From assembly GCA_030667705.1 (NCBI GenBank), contig DAOUVJ010000001.1, positions 1-63,493 on the forward strand: a stretch of 63,493 nucleotides of DNA. Reading direction: 5' to 3'. Below the pieces are notes generated by a model. That model was not told the DNA's origin. It did not search any database and worked only from the letters and a program-made list of their open reading frames with translations. Within the stretch, counting starts at the first letter, position 1, and each line of letters begins with the position of its first letter. Both the position numbers and the translations under genes were made by a program. Positions 62,918 through 63,493 of the stretch are shown one piece after another. The DNA is from Promethearchaeota archaeon. GTDB lineage: Archaea; Asgardarchaeota; Lokiarchaeia; Sigyniarchaeales; SOKP01.

Positions 62918-63493
62918 TTATCCCCTTTCCATAAATAAAGTTGCAATAATTGAAGTACCCACTCCCCATAAACTTGACCCGTCATCATCATTTAAATAAA
63001 GACTTTGTACAGCACTCATTGAAAATGTTTTTTGAATGATTACGGTTGTGATTGAACTTGCTTCAATTACTTGATTTGCAAATACATCTGACGTTCCTGA
63101 AGTTGTGCCGAGATCTATAGTACTTGCCGTTCCACCAGATTCTACAAAAATGATTTTGGTTAACTCATAACCTATTGGTATAATTGAAGTCCAAGTTGTA
63201 TCTCCAGTAATAGCCGTACTATGCTTAAATTTTTCAATATGATTTTGAGGTAAGTTTGTTGGGATTGCTCCAGAAACGGTCCCATTCAAATTGTTCCCAC
63301 TATTGTCAAGCCATTGATTATTTCCTATTCCTGGTTGCTCAAGTTGGAGAACACATCCGATCTGAGTTAATTCCAACGTAGTAATATCCACGGTTGAACT
63401 TGAAACTGTACACCTAAGCCTTAATTCGCCAAGATATTCACATGTAAATTCAATAGTTTCATCAAAAGTACCACTAAGTCCATCATATATTAT
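62918..63493 (-). CDS. fibre-module protein, 5' end outside the window
   Basis: The tracked start at 63391 is GTG, but the frame stays open to the window edge (IIYDGLSGTFDETIEFTCEYLGELRLRCTVSSSTVDITTLE...). Confidence 0.45.
   Translation of the reverse strand: MIYDGLSGTFDETIEFTCEYLGELRLRCTVSSSTVDITTLELTQIGCVLQLEQPGIGNNQWLDNSGNNLNGTVSGAIPTNLPQNHIEKFKHSTAITGDTTWTSIIPIGYELTKIIFVESGGTASTIDLGTTSGTSDVFANQVIEASSITTVIIQKTFSMSAVQSLYLNDDDGSSLWGVGTSIIATLFMERG

Noticed and set aside
1-63493. Prophage or integrative-element features (integrase, att sites, transposases).
   Set aside because: None were recognised. The only mobile genes seen are homing endonucleases and a group I intron, consistent with a lytic T4-like genome fragment.

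Overview
AT-rich (about 30% G+C by eye), densely coded 63.5-kb stretch of a large contractile-tailed, T4-like phage genome. No capsid, portal, terminase or replication genes are present. The minus strand carries tail and baseplate modules: a gp48/54-like protein, a gp6/baseplate-J-like wedge, gp25-like and gp26-like proteins, the tail tube, the tail sheath, and fibre or receptor-binding proteins with beta-helix, FN3, CBM and LamG-like features. A 1566-aa tape-measure-like gene converges on them from the plus strand. Two plus-strand accessory blocks (22.4-37.0 kb and 50.6-52.9 kb) interrupt the structural genes. Observations I rank highest: (1) a radical-SAM (SPASM/twitch-like) gene embedded among six paralogs that all start with the invariant motif MKIKxDF(V/I)TNSSS; three of them form a perfect 404-bp tandem array. 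This may be a phage-encoded protein or peptide modification system. (2) An island with two six-bladed Kelch-like propeller proteins carrying long poly-Ser (SSSSSSF)n linkers, one with a SPRY domain, interleaved with a GT2 and a 900-aa GT9-methyltransferase-GT4 fusion. This suggests virion O-glycosylation. (3) The tail tube gene is split by a 288-nt ORF-less group I intron (P/Q/R/S-like elements, contiguous P1/P10 guide), with a free-standing HNH endonuclease gene abutting exon 1. (4) One homing-endonuclease family is present as three intact 550-600-aa genes plus four decayed footprints. (5) A twin-CX3C cysteine-motif family sits inside the baseplate module. (6) Two proteins are built from 23-aa Trp-anchored repeats. 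(7) Two cassettes are flanked by duplicated gene termini. (8) A roughly 150-bp intergenic element is repeated four times in the fibre region. All functional calls rest on motif recognition by eye; no searches were run.
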